Below, one piece after another: positions 1-10,100 of a stretch of 60,329 nt of DNA. The DNA lies in the NCBI GenBank assembly GCA_001803315.1, contig MHBQ01000039.1, forward strand, positions 1 through 60,329, read 5' to 3'. The notes under the pieces are model-generated. The model had not been told where the DNA came from. It ran no database searches and saw only the letters and a program-made list of their open reading frames with translations. Position numbers and translations under genes: made by a program. Source of the stretch: Lentisphaerae bacterium RIFOXYC12_FULL_60_16. GTDB lineage: Bacteria; Verrucomicrobiota; Kiritimatiellia; UBA8416; YA12-FULL-60-10. Numbering within the stretch: position 1 is the first letter of the stretch; every line of letters starts with the position of its first letter.

Positions 1-1
1 T

Positions 2-112
2 TCCGATGCCCAGATTGCGGCCGTTATGAAGTGTACGCGGAAATCGGTCGAAGCGCGTCTGTACCGCGCGCGGCACTTCCTCCGCCGGCAACTTGCGGCC
101 CTGCTTGGTTAG
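2..112 (+). CDS. ECF RNA polymerase sigma factor, C-terminal fragment (truncated by window edge)
   Basis: Manual translation SDAQIAAVMKCTRKSVEARLYRARHFLRRQLAALLG* matches the sigma region 4.2 HTH pattern; followed by anti-sigma-like and metal-sensor genes. Confidence 0.85.
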   Translation, partial: SDAQIAAVMKCTRKSVEARLYRARHFLRRQLAALLG

Positions 113-167
113 ATCCCTATGGGTTCAAGGGGCAGGCGGGTGGCGAATTCTCTTTTTTGAGTTTCCT

Positions 168-196
168 GCGAGGGTTTTTCCGGGCGGCGGCGTTAC
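168..196 (+). promoter_or_regulatory. Possible ECF-sigma promoter
   Basis: GCGAGGG...CGTTAC spaced like -35/-10 boxes upstream of the anti-sigma gene; resemblance to ECF promoters is by eye. Confidence 0.3.
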
Positions 197-225
197 ACGA
201 GTTGGAGGGGAGGGTAGGAAAACAT

Positions 226-597
226 ATGAAAGGTCGACCTTTTAATCCGAAAAAAAGCCCTATTCAGGACGACGACTGTGGTCTAACCGCGTTGCTTCAC
301 GCTTGGAAAGGCATGGAACCGCACGCCGGCTTCGAAACGGCTGTCTGGCAACGTATTCACGCCGTTTCCGCCCCGAAATTGCCGGGTTTTTCGATATTAG
401 ACCGCCTGCGTGAATGGGTTGTGCCGTATCCGGCCTGGGCCAGTGCCATGGCCGCTGCCGCGGGAATTGTATTCGGTGTCGGCCTGGCGTTTTCCATGCC
501 GGCTATGCGCGACAGCCGTCATGCCGGCGAACCGTTGCTGCATTCGCAGACACTGGCTGGATCCTATCTCACCATGACGACCGGAGGGCCCCGATGA
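226..597 (+). CDS. Putative membrane anti-sigma factor
   Basis: ATG226 after a purine-rich SD; N-terminal LLHAW...FETAVWQRI, one TM helix; lies between sigma and sensor genes. Confidence 0.65.
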   Translation: MKGRPFNPKKSPIQDDDCGLTALLHAWKGMEPHAGFETAVWQRIHAVSAPKLPGFSILDRLREWVVPYPAWASAMAAAAGIVFGVGLAFSMPAMRDSRHAGEPLLHSQTLAGSYLTMTTGGPR

Positions 598-1067
598 ATA
601 AGCAAATAATCGGTTTTCTGGCCATCGCCCTGGCTGCGGCCTTCGTGGCGTACGGAGTTACAAGGAGGGCCGTTTGTGGACGGGACTGTTCGCCCCTCAA
701 CCGCTTGGAAGATGTGTCGTTCCTGATCCTGGAATTGGAGCTCAATGCTGAACAGGCTGCGGGAATCAAGCGGTTGCATGTGGATTTTGGCGCGACGATG
801 AACGATTGCTGTATGAACCATTGCGGGGCTCGCGCGCGCCTGGGACAGGCGTTGGCGAACGAGACCGCCGATAACCCCGCGCCGGCGGATGCCATGGTCG
901 CCGAGATGTGCCGCGCTTACGAGAACGGCGAATACGCCGCGCTTTCGCACATTCGCCGCGTCAGGGATTGGTTGAGCCCGGAACAGAAGGAGAAATTCAA
1001 CCGGTTGATTGCAGATACCGTGTGCCAGGCCTGCCCGGCCTGTGCGGCTCGTTCGCCGGCTCGTTGA
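594..1067 (+). CDS. Periplasmic heavy-metal sensor (CnrX/ZraP/Spy-CpxP-like)
   Basis: N-terminal TM; LELNAEQ and LSPEQKEKF LTxxQ-type repeats; Cys/His/Met-rich (NDCCMNHC, CQACPAC); ATGA overlap with upstream gene. Confidence 0.8.
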   Translation: MNKQIIGFLAIALAAAFVAYGVTRRAVCGRDCSPLNRLEDVSFLILELELNAEQAAGIKRLHVDFGATMNDCCMNHCGARARLGQALANETADNPAPADAMVAEMCRAYENGEYAALSHIRRVRDWLSPEQKEKFNRLIADTVCQACPACAARSPAR

Positions 1068-1206
1068 TATAAGATATTGCGTCATGGATAGTAGGGGTTT
1101 CCCCCATATACATTGGATGATGCATGTTCTACAAAGGCCTTTCGTTTCGTGTGATACGATGGTGGTAGGAATAAAGGAAAACGGGGTCACGGACCCAGGA
1201 AAGAAT

Positions 1207-1248
1207 ATGGAAAAAGATCCCATCTGCGGGATGAAGGTGGAGTCATGA
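1207..1248 (+). pseudogene. YHS-domain N-terminal remnant MEKDPICGMKVES*
   Basis: DPxCGM is the typical YHS start; its stop overlaps the TolC start (ATGA). Confidence 0.55.
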
Positions 1249-2705
1249 TCATGAAGAAGCCGGAAAATACCATCGGGTCCAGCGGAAGGCTGGAATCCGT
1301 CTTTTGTTCGTTCGGTTTCTGTCGGCTGGTTCTGACACTGGGCGGAGGACTGTGGTTGACCAGTTGTGTTTCTGTTCCCGAGCGGGACCTGCGTGCCAGA
1401 CACGATGAAGCGCATCGCATCATGTATGCGGCGCCGGACACCCCGGACGCAAAACCGCGGTTTAACGGGAATTCGACGCTCGATGACTATCTCCATCATG
1501 CCTTTTCGCATAATCCCGGGCTGCGCGCATCGTTCGACCGATGGGCGGCGGCCATGGAGCGAATTCCGCAGGCGCGATCGCTGGACGATCCGACGCTGTC
1601 GTTCGAGTATTTCATCGAGCAAATGGACACCCGCTACCAGGCGAGTCTGACGCAGATGTTCCCGGCGTTCGGAAAGCTGGATCTTCGCGAAAAAAGCGCG
1701 GCGGCGGAAACCGAGGCGGCCATGCATGCTTTCGAAGCGGAGCGCCTGGTCCTGTTCGATCACGTGGTTAAGGCGTTTCACGAATACCATTACCTGTCGC
1801 GAGCCACCCAGGTGACGGACGAAAACCACCAACTCCTCTCCGATCTTGAACAGGTCGTGACCATCCGTTACAAGGCCGGATTGGCGCCCTTCTCCGATCT
1901 CATCAAGACCCAGGTGGAGAAAGACCGACTCGCCAACGAATTGGGTACGCTACGTGATGAACGCGCATCGCGGTCGGCGGGACTTGCCGCTCTGCTCGGA
2001 CTTCCGGTGTATGACGTGCTTTCCTGGCCAAAGGCTTCCCCCTCCGGGCCGGCGATCGTGGACGTGGAGTCGCTCGACGACATGCTGGAGGACCTGAACC
2101 CGGAATTGAAGGCCGCGACAGCGATGATTGCCGCCGAGACCTATCGTGAGAAACTGGCGCGCAAGCGTGTTCTGCCGGACTTCATGCTCGGCGCGAGCTG
2201 GATGGTCATGCCCGGCATGGAGGGGAAAGGTGACGAGACCGATGTGGGTCTCATGGCGGGCATTACGATCCCCGTCTGGTGGGGAAGGTACCGCGCGGAA
2301 ATCCGGGAAGCCGAGGCCATGGTTCAGGCAGCGACCAGCGAGCGCGAGAACATGCGGAACATGCTCAAGGCCGAATTGAGCATGGCGGTCTTCAAGTTCC
2401 ACGACGCGGAGCGAAGGATCAATCTTTTCACAACCTCGCTGGTTCCCAAAGCCACGCAGGCGCTGGAGGTGGCCAAACAGGAATTTTCGACCGGAAAAGC
2501 GGAATTCATGACGCTGATCGATGCCCAGCGCACCCTGCTCGAATTCCGGCTGATGCTGGAACGGGCGACGGCGGACCGGGAAATCGCGATCGGGGAGACC
2601 GGACGCAGTGTCGGCAAGTATGATGTCGGAGTAAAGCTGGACGTTCCCGTGCCGGTAAAAAATAAAGACGCTTCGAATAAAGAAAGAGGAGAAAAAGATG
2701 ATTAG
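1245..2705 (+). CDS. TolC-family outer membrane efflux lipoprotein (CusC-like)
   Basis: Lipobox-like WLTSC, two OEP repeats (HNPGL, LNPEL), LIDAQRTLL; upstream of cusBA. Confidence 0.9.
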   Translation: MIMKKPENTIGSSGRLESVFCSFGFCRLVLTLGGGLWLTSCVSVPERDLRARHDEAHRIMYAAPDTPDAKPRFNGNSTLDDYLHHAFSHNPGLRASFDRWAAAMERIPQARSLDDPTLSFEYFIEQMDTRYQASLTQMFPAFGKLDLREKSAAAETEAAMHAFEAERLVLFDHVVKAFHEYHYLSRATQVTDENHQLLSDLEQVVTIRYKAGLAPFSDLIKTQVEKDRLANELGTLRDERASRSAGLAALLGLPVYDVLSWPKASPSGPAIVDVESLDDMLEDLNPELKAATAMIAAETYREKLARKRVLPDFMLGASWMVMPGMEGKGDETDVGLMAGITIPVWWGRYRAEIREAEAMVQAATSERENMRNMLKAELSMAVFKFHDAERRINLFTTSLVPKATQALEVAKQEFSTGKAEFMTLIDAQRTLLEFRLMLERATADREIAIGETGRSVGKYDVGVKLDVPVPVKNKDASNKERGEKDD

Positions 2706-2835
2706 AACGATTGCGATGATTGCTATGGTCTTTGTTATGAGCCTGGCGGCGGGCGGTTGCGCTTCCTACGGAGACTATGACGGTGCGCGAGCGCCTTACG
2801 GAACGGGTGGCGGTCATGGGGGAGGATGCCATTGA
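2698..2835 (+). CDS. 45-aa putative lipoprotein ending GHGGGCH
   Basis: MIRTIAMIAMVFVMSLAAGGCASYGDYDGARAPYGTGGGHGGGCH*; SD AGAGGAG; start overlaps the TolC end; not in ORF track. Confidence 0.65.
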   Translation: MIRTIAMIAMVFVMSLAAGGCASYGDYDGARAPYGTGGGHGGGCH

Positions 2836-2897
2836 GTCAACAATCGGACGGGTTGCGAACAGCGATCCGTCGCAGAGTCGGCAGAAAGGCGGTGAAG

Positions 2898-2969
2898 ATG
2901 CCGAGACTCATGATGTTGGTCTTTGCGTTGGCGGCGGCTGTGATCCTTGTGGGTTGTAACTGTCACTGA
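2898..2969 (+). CDS. 23-aa putative micro-lipoprotein (mature CNCH)
   Basis: MPRLMMLVFALAAAVILVGCNCH*; SD-like AAAGGCGGTG; n-region, h-region and LVGC lipobox; not in ORF track. Confidence 0.5.
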   Translation: MPRLMMLVFALAAAVILVGCNCH

Positions 2970-3030
2970 CGAGAAGCGTGGCGAGAGAAAACAGAAGCAA
3001 ATCGAAAAGTATAGAAAGGATTCGGTTATC

Positions 3031-3582
3031 ATGAAAAGCATGACATTAGGAATTGGTCTTTTGGTCGGCGGATTGTTGGCGGGATCGTCGGCGCTGGCGC
3101 AGGGTGGCGGACATGACCATCCGACGCACGCAGGCAAGCACGAGCCCGCGAGCCAGGAACAAAAAACGGAAATCAAATTGCAGACAACCTGTCCGGTCAT
3201 GGGCGGCGCGATCGACAAGCATCTGTATGTCGATCACGAGGGCAAACGCGTCTACATCTGTTGCAAGGGTTGTGAGGCGCCGCTAAAGAAGGATCCGGCC
3301 AAGTATATCAAGGCCCTCGAAGCCGAGGGCATTACCGTGGCCAAACTTCAAACCGAATGCCCGGTGATGGGCGGCGCGATCGATAAGGCGCTATACGTGG
3401 ATCACGCCGGCAAGCGAATCTACGTGTGTTGCCAGGGATGCATTGCCACGGTCCAGAAAGACCCCGCGAAAACCATCAAGTCAATGGAAGCGGCGGGGGT
3501 GGCTCTGCACCCTGCAGTCAAGGACGCCAAACCCGCCGAGCCGAAGAAAGAGGCCGTGGGCCACGAAGGGCATAAGCACTGA
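3031..3582 (+). CDS. Secreted His-rich protein with two YHS-like domains
   Basis: Signal peptide; two repeats QTxCPVMGGAIDK.LYVDH.GKR.Y.CC.GC; His-rich ends. Confidence 0.85.
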   Translation: MKSMTLGIGLLVGGLLAGSSALAQGGGHDHPTHAGKHEPASQEQKTEIKLQTTCPVMGGAIDKHLYVDHEGKRVYICCKGCEAPLKKDPAKYIKALEAEGITVAKLQTECPVMGGAIDKALYVDHAGKRIYVCCQGCIATVQKDPAKTIKSMEAAGVALHPAVKDAKPAEPKKEAVGHEGHKH

Positions 3583-3654
3583 TCAGAGGTGGCGGGTGGT
3601 GTTAGGCTCGCTTGACACCTATCCCCCAACACCTGACACCTGGAGGTATGGACT

Positions 3655-4161
3655 ATGAACATAGACCACAAAGATATGGCGTACAGGATTGTCGGCCTGG
3701 TCGGACTGGCGCTGTTGTTGGGGCTTGTCCTTTGGGCGCACCAGCCTCGCGGGTCAGCGACGCCGGCGCACGATCATGCCGATCCAGCGCATCACCGGCA
3801 TGCCGTATCTGGCAAACCGTTGGATGCGGAGCGCGCGGATACGCTGACACCCAGCGGCCAGGCAGAGAACGGTGTGCGAGTCGTTGACTACGACGCATTC
3901 CAGTACGGCTTCGACCCGGACCCCTTGGTCGTTCGCGCCGGGGAACGGGTGCGCCTGCAGTTAAAGAGCCGGGATGTCTCCCACGGCGTGATGATTCCCG
4001 AAGTGGACTTTTCGACGGATATCCCGACGGGTGAGCGCAAGGCGGCGGAATTCGTCGCGCCCGCTGAGCCGGGAGAATATCCGGTGTTCTGCAGTGTCTT
4101 TTGCGGTTCCGGCCACGGGGATATGACCGGGCGCATGGTTGTGTTGCCGGCCGAGCTATGA
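3655..4161 (+). CDS. Membrane-anchored cupredoxin with CuA-type site (COX2 C-terminal-like)
   Basis: DVSHG plus CSVFCGSGHGDM (H...CxxxCxxxHxxM); N-terminal TM, His-rich linker. Confidence 0.85.
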   Translation: MNIDHKDMAYRIVGLVGLALLLGLVLWAHQPRGSATPAHDHADPAHHRHAVSGKPLDAERADTLTPSGQAENGVRVVDYDAFQYGFDPDPLVVRAGERVRLQLKSRDVSHGVMIPEVDFSTDIPTGERKAAEFVAPAEPGEYPVFCSVFCGSGHGDMTGRMVVLPAEL

Positions 4162-4943
4162 ACCTGAATGAAATGAACGCCATCCGTAAACTAAAGAACC
4201 CCAAGACGCCATTGCTGATCCTGTTAGCGGCGCTGGCCATTTTCGGGCTTGTCGGCGGCCACGACGTTTCGCTGAAACTGGCGATTCTGGGGACTTCCCT
4301 GACGGCCGCCATGCTGGCCGAGTGGGCGCTTTTCGGCGCTGTGCCGCTCGCCGTCCTTCAGAGTGCGGCAATCAGCGGGGGAATCGTCGGCCTGTTGGTT
4401 GCGCCCGGCGCGGACCCACGCTTCGCATGGACGGCCGCCGTGCTTGCGATCGCGTCCAAGAAATTGCTCGTCTTTCATGAGGGCAAGCACATTTTCAATC
4501 CGGCGGCCTTCGGCCTGGTGGTCTCCATGATGATTTTCGGCAACCGGATCAACTGGTGGGGAAACACCTCAGCTGTGCTCGTGATCGTTGGCGGTGGATT
4601 GATCCTGATGCGACTACGGCGACTCTCACTGCCGTTCGCCTACTTCATCGCCAGAACGGCCGGCATTGTCCTGTTGACCAGCATTAACGCGGGACGCGCC
4701 GCCTTATTGCTACCGAACCTGTTTTTCGCTTTCATCATGCTGGTCGAGCCGAAAACATCCCCGGGCAAGCGCCCCGAACAATGGATATTTGGCGGGATAT
4801 GCGGCATTCTGGCAACAACATTTTATCACTTCGCGTCTGTATTCGAGGGCGATCTTCTGGCATTGTTAACCGTAAACCTACTGCGGCCGTGGCTGACCAT
4901 TCGGCTTGCGGCCTTGCAGGACAACAAGAGGACGAGTTCATGA
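4158..4943 (+). CDS. Stand-alone RnfD/NqrB-family membrane protein
   Basis: Multi-TM; IASKK...HIFNPAAFG and FAFIMLVEPKTSP motifs. Confidence 0.75.
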   Translation: MNLNEMNAIRKLKNPKTPLLILLAALAIFGLVGGHDVSLKLAILGTSLTAAMLAEWALFGAVPLAVLQSAAISGGIVGLLVAPGADPRFAWTAAVLAIASKKLLVFHEGKHIFNPAAFGLVVSMMIFGNRINWWGNTSAVLVIVGGGLILMRLRRLSLPFAYFIARTAGIVLLTSINAGRAALLLPNLFFAFIMLVEPKTSPGKRPEQWIFGGICGILATTFYHFASVFEGDLLALLTVNLLRPWLTIRLAALQDNKRTSS

Positions 4944-5134
4944 AAAGTCATTCCCTGTTGCGTTCACTGGCGGTGTTAGGCCTCTCCGCACTGATTGTGT
5001 TCGGGACTGCGGGCTGTATTTGCATGTTGCCGCATTTGTTCGGACACCGGTCGGACACGCATTTCAGCAAGGCCGGTCCTGGCACTGGAACAAACCATGT
5101 CCCCCACGTTCACGAACCGATTCCCAGCAATTAG
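4940..5134 (+). CDS. His-rich small lipoprotein
   Basis: MKSHSLL...GTAGC-ICMLPH...HVPHVH; ATGA overlap with upstream gene. Confidence 0.6.
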   Translation: MKSHSLLRSLAVLGLSALIVFGTAGCICMLPHLFGHRSDTHFSKAGPGTGTNHVPHVHEPIPSN

Positions 5135-5168
5135 CACTGGGGATGTTTAAGAGAAGAAGAAAGGGAGT

Positions 5169-7139
5169 ATGAGCATGAAGGAAGCCATGGAAGGATTAGC
5201 GCGCGGCAAAAGAACCCTTCTTGCCGTCGCCCTGGCGACATTTGCGTTGGGATTTGCGCTGAGAGGCTGCTTATTTTCGCGTCATGTGTCCGAAAAAACT
5301 GACGGAGCCGGGCCTACGGCCCGGGCCGCCGAAGTCTGGACCTGCTCCATGCATCCGCAGATTCGTCAGCCCAAGCCTGGGAAGTGCCCGATCTGCGCCA
5401 TGGATTTGATCCCCGTGGCGGGCGACTCCGGCTCGGAGGCGGGCGTGCCCCGCCAGATAACGCTTTCGCCATCCGCGCGCAAACGGGCGGAAGTCGTTGT
5501 GGCGCCGGTGGAACGTCTTGCCGTGGAGGTTGAAATTCGCATGGTTGGCAAGGTACAATTTGATGAGACCCGCCTGGCTTATATCGCTCCGCGTGTCGCG
5601 GGTCGGATTGACCGGCTATACGCGAATTTTGCCGGTATGCCGGTGAAGTCCGGCGACCATCTGGCTGACATGTACAGCCCCGAGATGGTGGCGGCCCAGC
5701 AGGAGCTGCTGCAGGCCGTACAATCGGCGGGCGGCGCGTCCGCTTCCGCGACGCTGCTCAACGCCACACGTGAGCGTCTGCGGCTTTGGGGCCTGACGGC
5801 CGAACAGATCGCGGAGATTGAACGTAGCGGCCAGGTGCGCGATCATGTGACGTTCTATTCGCCGATCGGCGGGATCGTGGTGGAAAAGGAGGCGCGGGAA
5901 GGCCAGTACGTAGAGACCGGAATGCGCCTGTTTACCGTGGCGGACCTGACCCGCGTATGGGTACAGCTCGACGCCTATGAGTCCGATCTGGCATGGCTGC
6001 GTTATGCCCAGGACGTTGAGTTTCAGGCGGAGGCGTATCCGGGTGAAACTTTCAAAGGCACGATTGCTTTTATTGACCCGATTCTCAACCCGATGACGCG
6101 AACGGTCAAGGTGCGTGTCATCGTGGCGAATGCCGACGGCCGGCTGAAACCGGAGATGTTTGTCCGTGCGGTGGTCAAAGCCGCCGTGGCCGGTGACGGC
6201 AAGGTGTTGCGGAGCGATCTGCGCGGCAAATGGATCAGCCCCATGCATCCGGAAATCGTCAAAGACGGTCCGGGCGCCTGCGACGTATGCGGAATGCCCC
6301 TCGTGCGAGCCGAGGAACTGGGGTATGTTGACGCGGATGAGACGGATGTCGTCCTGCCGCTGGTGGTTCCCGTGTCGGCGCCCCTGGTTACCGGTAAACG
6401 CGCCATGGTTTATGTCGCTTTGCCGAAGGAAGAAGGCGTCTATGAAGGGCGCGATGTGGTCCTGGGTCCGCGGGCGGGCGACTACTACCTTGTGAAAGAA
6501 GGCCTGAAAGCGGGTGAGCGGGTGGTGGTCCATGGCGCCTTCAAGCTCGACAGCTCCCTGCAAATCCAGGGCAAACCCAGCATGATGGCGCCCGATGGCG
6601 GATCTGCGCCGGTCGAACACCTGCCCGGCGAAGCCTCGCCGGCGGTTCTTCCGGTGGTTGCGGCACCGGAAGCGTTCCGGAAGCAGGTGGACCTTGTCCT
6701 GGACAGCGTTCTGACCATGGCCGATGCGTTGGCCGACGATAGTCTGGAAGCCGCGCGTACGAACGCTTCTCAAGCCAAGAAGGCCCTGGCGGAGGTGGAT
6801 ATGTCTCTTCTCGCCGGGGATGCCCATGCGCGCTGGATGCAGTCGTTAAAGGTTTTGAACCTGTCTTTGGACCAGTTGATCCCGGCAAAAGACATCGAAT
6901 CTTTCCGCACCGCATTTTCTTCGCTGTCGTCCGAGATGGCGCGCGTCGTCAAGACGTTCGGTCCGGTCCGAACCGAACCGATCTATGAAATACATTGTCC
7001 CATGGCGTTTGAGAATCGCGGCGCCAATTGGCTGCAGAAGGACCAGGCTGTCCGGAATCCCTATTTCGGAAAATCCATGCTGATGTGCGGCGAAGTAAGT
7101 GAGACGATTCCGTCCGGGGGAGGTCACAGCCATGAGTGA
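5169..7139 (+). CDS. cusB: RND periplasmic adaptor, CusB-like, with heavy-metal-binding domains and C-terminal DUF3347-like domain
   Basis: WTCSMHPQI...CPICAMDL, SPMHP...CDVCGM, LKPEMF, HCPMAF...NPYFG..MLMCG. Confidence 0.9.
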   Translation: MSMKEAMEGLARGKRTLLAVALATFALGFALRGCLFSRHVSEKTDGAGPTARAAEVWTCSMHPQIRQPKPGKCPICAMDLIPVAGDSGSEAGVPRQITLSPSARKRAEVVVAPVERLAVEVEIRMVGKVQFDETRLAYIAPRVAGRIDRLYANFAGMPVKSGDHLADMYSPEMVAAQQELLQAVQSAGGASASATLLNATRERLRLWGLTAEQIAEIERSGQVRDHVTFYSPIGGIVVEKEAREGQYVETGMRLFTVADLTRVWVQLDAYESDLAWLRYAQDVEFQAEAYPGETFKGTIAFIDPILNPMTRTVKVRVIVANADGRLKPEMFVRAVVKAAVAGDGKVLRSDLRGKWISPMHPEIVKDGPGACDVCGMPLVRAEELGYVDADETDVVLPLVVPVSAPLVTGKRAMVYVALPKEEGVYEGRDVVLGPRAGDYYLVKEGLKAGERVVVHGAFKLDSSLQIQGKPSMMAPDGGSAPVEHLPGEASPAVLPVVAAPEAFRKQVDLVLDSVLTMADALADDSLEAARTNASQAKKALAEVDMSLLAGDAHARWMQSLKVLNLSLDQLIPAKDIESFRTAFSSLSSEMARVVKTFGPVRTEPIYEIHCPMAFENRGANWLQKDQAVRNPYFGKSMLMCGEVSETIPSGGGHSHE

Positions 7140-10100
7140 GTTGCCTTCCTCACCGCCTCATCCCGTCAAGAATCCTTCGTTGCTGGACCGGGTGATACGA
7201 TTCTGTCTGGAGAACAAGCTGGTGGTCGTCCTGATCGTAATTGCCACGATGGTCTGGGGCGCCATGGTGGCGCCGTTCGACTGGGACGTGGGCGGTCTCA
7301 TCCGCGACCCGGTTCCGGTGGACGCCATCCCGGACATTGGCGAAAACCAGCAGATTGTGTTTACCGAATGGGAAGGCCGCTCGCCGCAGGACATCGAGAA
7401 CCAGATCACCTATCCGCTGACCGTCTCGCTCCTCGGTATTCCCAAGGTCAAAACGATCCGCAGTCGGTCCATGTTCGGATTCTCTAGCATTTTCATCATT
7501 TTCGAGGAAGACGCCGAGTTTTACTGGACGCGCAGTCGGGTGCTCGAGAAATTGAGCAGTCTTCCTGCCGGAGTGCTGCCGGAAGGCGTGCAGCCCACCC
7601 TTGGGCCGGATGCCACGGCGCTGGGCCAGGTCTTTTGGTACACCTTGGAAGGCCTGGATGAGGACGGCATCCCAACCGGCGGGTGGGGACTGGATGAATT
7701 GCGTGGCATCCAGGACTGGCATGTCCGTTTTGCGCTGCTTTCCGCCGAAGGCATCAGCGAAGTCGCTTCCGTGGGCGGCTACGTTCAGGAGTATCAGATT
7801 GACGTGGATCCCGACGCGCTCCGCGCGCACGATGTGACGCTGGACGATGTCTATCGCGCGGTGAAGGAGTGTAATCTGGATATTGGGGCCCGCTCCATCG
7901 AGATCAACAAGGTCGAATACCTTATCCGCGGCATCGGATTCATCAAAACGCTGGCCGACATTGAGGAGGCCGTTCTCCGTGTCCGGGATGGGGCGCCGCT
8001 GCAGGTGCGGCATGTAGCCAGAGTGTCCAAAGGGCCGGCATTTCGACAGGGTGCGCTCGACAAGGAAGGCGCCGAGGCGGTTGGCGGTGTGGTGGTCGTG
8101 CGATATGGCGCCAACCCGTTGAAATCCATTCAGAACGTCAAAGCCGAGATTGAGCGGATTGCGCCCGGTTTGCCGCGCAAAGCGATCATTGACTTTACCC
8201 GAACTACCCGGACGGAGGTCGAGGGGGTGGCGCGCGAGCAGGGCTTCGAAGCCTACTCCGGCGCCGAACTGAACCAGGACGCTTGGGTGAAATGGCTGCG
8301 GAGTGTCCCGAAAGCGCAACAGCCCGACTGGGTGAAGCTCAGTCAGGTGAAAATCGTGCCGTTTTACGATCGCACAGGGCTTATCTACGAAACGCTCGGC
8401 ACGCTCAGTAGTGCGCTGTACCTGCAAATCCTGGTTACCATCATTGTGGTTCTCGTCATGGTGACGCACCTGCGCAGTTCGGCGCTGATTTCGGCCGTGA
8501 TGCCGGTGGCGGTGGCCATGTGCTTCATCTTTATGAAGGTGTTTGGTGTGGACGCAAACATTGTGGCCCTCAGTGGTATTGCCATCGCCATCGGCACCGT
8601 GGTGGATATGGGAATTCTTGTGTGCGAGAACATCCTGCGCCATCTCGACGAGGCGACGCCGAATGAAAATCGCCTGGAGACGATTTATCGCGCCGCGAGC
8701 GAAGAGGGTAGCGCCGTGCTGACCGCCGTCTGCACCACCGTCGTCAGCTTCATGGCCGTCTTTGCCTTGGAAGGCGCCGAAGGAAAGCTGTTCAAGCCGT
8801 TGGCGTTCACCTACATCTTCGTGCTTGCCTCGTCGCTGGTGGTCGCACTCACCATTGTCCCTGCGTTGGCCCATGTGTTGATCGTCGGAAAGGGAGCCCC
8901 CCCCCGGCGGGGTATGCCGGGACGGCTGAAGACTTTGGGTCTGGCGTTGCTCTTCGGCACAGGGGTGGCGCTGGCCATCGTTGTGAACCGGTGGGTCGGG
9001 GCGCTGGTTGCGGCGTTTGCGGTCTGGCAATACAGTTCTGCCTGGATTCCCGAACGAATCCTGAAAGGCATGCATCGTTCGGGGATCTGGCTGGTCGTAT
9101 TCGCCGTGGCTGCATGGCTCACGACCCGATGGCTGCCGGTCGGACCGGAGAAAGGGTTTATCCGGAATTTTCTGTGGATGGGGGGCGCCATCGGTTCCAT
9201 TCTCGGCATCTTTCTTGGTTATCGCAAGCTGTATCCGCGCATGCTGCGCTGGTGCCTGGACCACAAACTGTTGTTTGCGGTCGTTCCGGCCATCGTTTAC
9301 GTTTTCGGTCTGCTGGCGTGGCTGGGCTTCGAACGGCTGTTCGGCTGGCTGCCGGAGCCGGTGAAGCGATTTGCGCCGGTCTCCTGTGTGCTGCACGCGT
9401 TTCCCGGTCTGGGCAAGGAATTCATGCCGCCGTTGGACGAGGGCTCCTACCTCTTTATGCCAACGACCATGCCGCATGCGAGCATCGGGGAAGCGCTCGA
9501 TGTGCTTCAGAAGCAGGATATGGCCATGCTCGGGGTGCCGGAGATTGATAGTGCGGTTGGAAAATTGGGCCGGGCCGACACGCCGCTGGATCCCGCGCCG
9601 ACCGAAATGTTCGAGACGGTGATCAACTATAAGCCGCAATTTCTGAGCGACCGCGACGGGCGACGGCTCCGGTTCAAGCATGATCCGGATGACACCGATC
9701 TGTTTCGGACGCCGGACGGCGCCCCGGTCGCCGCGCCTGACGGCGAACCTTACACCGTGCCGGGGCGGTTCGAGCGCGATGCCGATGGCCGCCTCATTCC
9801 CCATCCGCGAGGCAAACCGTTCCGTCTCTGGCGGCCCGCGCTGGATCCTGCCCTGAATCCGGGCCGTGTGGCCTGGGAGGGAATCCGTGAGCCCGACGAT
9901 ATCTGGAATGCCCTGGTCAAGGCGGTGGAATTGCCCGGCACCACCTCGGCGCCGCGCTTGCAACCGATTGCCGCGCGAATCGTCATGCTACAAAGCGGCA
10001 TGCGCGCGCCCATGGGTGTTAAAGTCAAAGGCCCCACGCTGGAGGCGATCGAGGAGACCGGCTTCCAGATCGAGAAATTCCTCAAGGACGTTCCGTCCGT

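Noticed and set aside
1088-1112. CsoR/RcnR-type operator (GGGGGTTTCCCCC palindrome upstream of tolC)
   Set aside because: Tract order and flanks do not fit the TAC...GTA pattern and no such regulator is in the window; may still be regulatory.
3612-3642. Heptamer-period repeat (TGACACC-like), similar at about 26858-26880
   Set aside because: Only three to four degenerate units with no associated gene; not interpretable.
3655-4161. Cytochrome c oxidase subunit II of a terminal oxidase
   Set aside because: Single TM and no subunit I or assembly genes nearby; kept as a stand-alone cupredoxin.
7150-9963. 937-aa minus-strand ORF and other long antisense ORFs (e.g. 564-1832, 5616-6827, 28199-29479, 35241-36815)
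   Set aside because: Shadows of well-supported genes on the opposite strand in high-GC DNA; no recognisable motifs.
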